Source: Isurus oxyrinchus (Eukaryota). Taken from it: a stretch of DNA of 64,000 nucleotides. The number at the start of each line of letters is the position of its first letter. Position 1 is the stretch's first letter. Under the pieces are notes generated by a model. That model was not told where the DNA came from and did not search any database. It saw nothing but the letters and a program-made list of their open reading frames with translations. Made by a program: the position numbers and the translations under genes. Below, in pieces: positions 60,430 through 64,000 of this stretch. The stretch lies in assembly GCA_026770705.1 (NCBI GenBank), contig JANJGN010000052.1, forward strand, positions 2,046,001-2,110,000. The letters run 5' to 3'.

Positions 60430-62485
60430 ACATAGAAACTAGGAGCACGATTAGGACATTCAGCCCTTCAAGCCTTCTCCGCCATTCAATATGATCAAGG
60501 CTGACCCTCTATCTCAAAGCCTTATTCCCGCTTTCTCTCCGTACCCTTTGATGCCCCTAATATCAAAATATTTATCAGTTTCTTTCTTGAATACACTCAG
60601 TGACCCGGCCTCCACAGCCTCTGTGATGGAGAATTCCACAGATTGACCACCCTCTGAGTGAAGAAATGTTTCCCTATCTCAGTCCAAAATGGCCTGTCCT
60701 GTATCCTGAGATTGTCGCCCTTGGTTTTAGACTCCCCAACCAAGGGATGCATCCTCCCTCCATCCAGTCTGTCTATCTCTGTTAGAATTTCTTACGTTTA
60801 TTCAGGTCTCCTCTCATTCTTCTAAACTCTAGTGAATACAGACCCAGTCGTACCAATTCTCCTCATACGACAGTCCTGCCGCCCCTGGTATCAGCCTAGA
60901 GAACCTTCTCTGCGCTCTCTCGACGGCAAGTCTATCCTTTTTTAGGGAGGGAGACCAAAACGGCACGTAGTACCCCATGTGCAGTCTCACCAAGACCTTG
61001 TATAACTGCAGTGAGACATCCCTACTCCTGAACACAAATCCTCTTGCAATGAAGGCCAACATACCATTTGCCTTCCGAATTACTTGCTGCACCTGCCTGT
61101 TTACTTTCATTGGCTAGTGCACAAGGACACCCAGATCCCTTTGTACATCCACATTTCGCAATATATCACCATTTAAATAATACTCTGCCTTTCTGTTTTT
61201 CACACCAAAGCCTACAATGTCACATTCATCCACATCATCTGCCATGTGTTTGCCCACACACACAACTTGTCTAAATCGCCTTGAAGCCTCTTTGCATCCT
61301 CCTCACAGCTCACACCCTTACCCAGCGTTGTGTCATCAGAAAACCTGGAAATATTGCACTTGGCTCCCTCACCCAAGTCATTTATATATATCATGAATAG
61401 TTAGGTCCCAAGCACGGATCCCTGTGGTATACCACTAGTCACCGCCTGCCACTCAGATAAAGACTAATTTATTCTGACCCTCTGTTTCCTGTCTATCGAC
61501 CAATTCTCAATCCATGCCAGTAAATTACCCGCAATCCCATGGGCTTTAATGTTGCGCACTAGCCTCATGTAGGACCTTATCAAAAGCCTTCTTGAAGTCT
61601 AAATACACCACATCCACTGGTTATCCCTTATCTATTCTACTCGTTACATCTTCAAAATCTCCAATAGATTAGTTAACCATGATTTTCCTTTCATTAACCC
61701 ATGCTGATTTTGTCGAATCCCATTAAAGCTTTCCAAGCGTTCCATTAGCACACCTTATATAATAGGCTCTAGCATTTTCCCCATGACTGATGTTAGACTA
61801 ACTGGTCTGTAATTCTCTGATTTTTCTCTCCCTTCTATTTTAAATAGTGGGGTTACAATTGCCACTCTCCAATCTATAGGAACTGCTCCAGAGCCTATAG
61901 AATTTTGGAGGATGACCACCAGTGCTTCCAATATTTCCAGGGTCACTTCCGTTAGTCTCTGGGATGTAGATTTTCAGGCCCTGGGGACTGTTCAACCTTT
62001 AACCCATTAATCTCTCCAGATTCATTTTTTAAAACTAATCCTGATTATCTTCAATTCCTCCCTCTCACTAGACACTTGGTTCCCTAACATTCCTGGGAAA
62101 TTATTTGTGTCCTCTTTTGTGAAGACAGAACCAAAATATATGTTCAGTTCTTCTGCCATTTCTTTGTTTCTCATTAGAATTTCCCCCCTTTCTGACTGCA
62201 AGGAACCTACATCGGTCACTGCTAATCTTTCTCTCTTCACATATTTATAGAAGCTTTTACAGTCGGTTTTTACGTTCCCTGCAAGTTTACTCCCATGTTC
62301 CATTTTCCCCTTCTTGATCAATCTTTTTGTCCACTTTTGCTGAATTCTAAACTGCTCCCAATCCTCAGCATTGCTGCTTCCCCTGGCAATTTTATGTCTC
62401 CTCTCTGGATCTAATACTATCCCTAATTTCTTTTGTAAGCCCTGGTTGAGCACCATTTCCTGACTTATTTTTACGCCAGACAGAA
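60430..62485 (-). mobile_element. CR1 LINE ORF2 fragment
   Basis: NYRPVSLTSVMGKMLE, IYINDL, FSDDTTLG, KANGMLAFIARG. Confidence 0.92.
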
Positions 62486-62614
62486 ATGGATAATTGTTGT
62501 AGCAAATGCTTCAGCCTTATCTTTTGCCCTGATGTGCTGGGCTCCCCCTTCATTGAGGATGGGGATATTTGTGGATTCCCCTCCTCCAGTGAGCTAATTG
62601 TCCGTTATCATTGG

Positions 62615-63455
62615 ATACGAGCATTAGTGGACTGTGTTAGACCATTATCGAAAATGAAAGCCAGACTCCAGTATGGCCTTACTATGATGGATATGACAAA
62701 TCGATTTCCAGAGACCATCCCTTTAGGAACAATTACAGCTAAAGTAGGAATAGGGAAGTTAACCCAATTTTTTTACCCATTATGGATTACCGCTGGAGAT
62801 CCAGTCAGATCAAGGTTCCATCTCTATGTCTTAAAATTTTCCGAACATAATGAGTAATTTGGGTATAAAACAGTTAAAGTCCGCAGCATATCATCCATAG
62901 ACACAGGGATCTTTAGAGAGGGACCAACAAACCCTCAAAACAATGATTGAAGCTATTGTCATGAACTCCCCATGACTGGGACAAAGGACTGGATTTTCTT
63001 GTATTTCCCACACAAGATTCACCAACTGAATCGGTAGGTTTTAGTCTTTTTGGAATAACTTATGGACACGAGATAAGAGGCTGTCTGAAATACATCAAAG
63101 AAAGATATTCCGGACAGAGGGATGAATCCTCTATTTCAGATGATATGTCCATGTTTCAGGAACGGCTCATGGGAGCCTCCAAAGTGGCACAAGAACATCT
63201 TATAGTTTCTCAAACAGAGATGAAGGAATGGGGCAGACAGGCAAGCTGTGACCCGAACATCTCAACCAGGGGGATGACTTGTTAGTATCATTGCCTTGGC
63301 AGGGGGAGCCTCTGAAAGCGCAGTTCAGTGGTCCCTACAAGGTAATTAGGAGGGTTGGTCAAGTAAATTATTTGATAGACACCCCAGATTGTAGAATAAA
63401 GAATCGGCTGTGACACATCAATATGTTAAAACGATACCATCGTAGGGAGGGAGGT
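62615..63455 (+). mobile_element. Gypsy integrase fragment
   Basis: VDCVRPL...LTMMDMTNRFPETIPL; AAYHP*TQGSLER; FSGPYKVI remnants. Confidence 0.8.
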
Positions 63456-63659
63456 AAAAAGGAGCAGGTATTTCATTTCCAACCAGATTCTGCATAGATT
63501 ACAGCAAGGTTAATGCAGCAATAAAACCAGATTCCTACCCAATCCCCTGTTTAGAAGATGGTATTGACGAGGTTGGCAGTGCCATGTTCCTTACTGAGAT
63601 AAATTTGTTGGTAGTGGGGGATGTTTGTGACCATCAGTGTGGAAGGGTTAGGTTTACAG

Positions 63660-64000
63660 GTTACACAGACCAGACACACACCAACAGACACACACACACA
63701 TGTAAGCACGCACATTCACACGCACACGTGCACACACACAACACACACACGCACACACACATGCACACACACACACACACACGTAAGCACGCACATNNNN
63801 NNNNNNNNNNNNNNNNNNNNNNNNNNNNNNNNNNNNNNNNNNNNNNNNNNNNNNNNNNNNNNNNNNNNNNNNNNNNNNNNNNNNNNNNNNNNNNNNNNNN
63901 NNNNNNNNNNNNNNNNNNNNNNNNNNNNNNNNNNNNNNNNNNNNNNNNAATCACTTGTGCAGAAACACAAACACACACACACACACATACACACACACAA
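63660..64000. repeat. (CA)n repeat flanking an assembly gap (N 63797-63948)
   Basis: Read directly from the sequence. Confidence 0.97.

Overview
Vertebrate genomic DNA, very probably a cartilaginous fish (shark). This is inferred from the CR1/L2/SINE/Penelope repeat set and the 33-bp and 32-bp minisatellites, not from any database match. Most ORF-track entries are repeat or transposon artefacts; the real genes are short spliced exons, many absent from the track or shown there in the wrong frame. (1) A complete three-exon hepcidin gene (+; 3501-3593, 5437-5493, 7809-7925; 88 aa) has a TATA box, a BMP-response element and C/EBP sites. Its 8-Cys mature peptide is atypical. (2) Directly downstream lies a scrambled cluster of MAG-like Siglec genes: A on -, about 15.6-21.4 kb; B on +, about 30.9-35.4 kb, with an orphan tail copy at 25.4 kb; C on +, about 38.9-42.7 kb; D on +, from 45.4 kb and running off the window. 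The cluster has two kinds of membrane module. One is an Arg-containing transmembrane (TM) exon with a 12-residue tail (activating type). The other is a neutral TM exon followed by exons with YxN and ITIM tyrosines (inhibitory/signalling type). This suggests a paired-receptor system next to HAMP, where mammals have HAMP-MAG-CD22. A, B and C carry lesions. D has two tandem V-set exons, the first lacking the sialic-acid-binding Arg. The rest is CR1/L2 LINEs, Gypsy remnants, a solo LTR, a Penelope fragment with hammerhead motifs, tandem arrays and an N gap.
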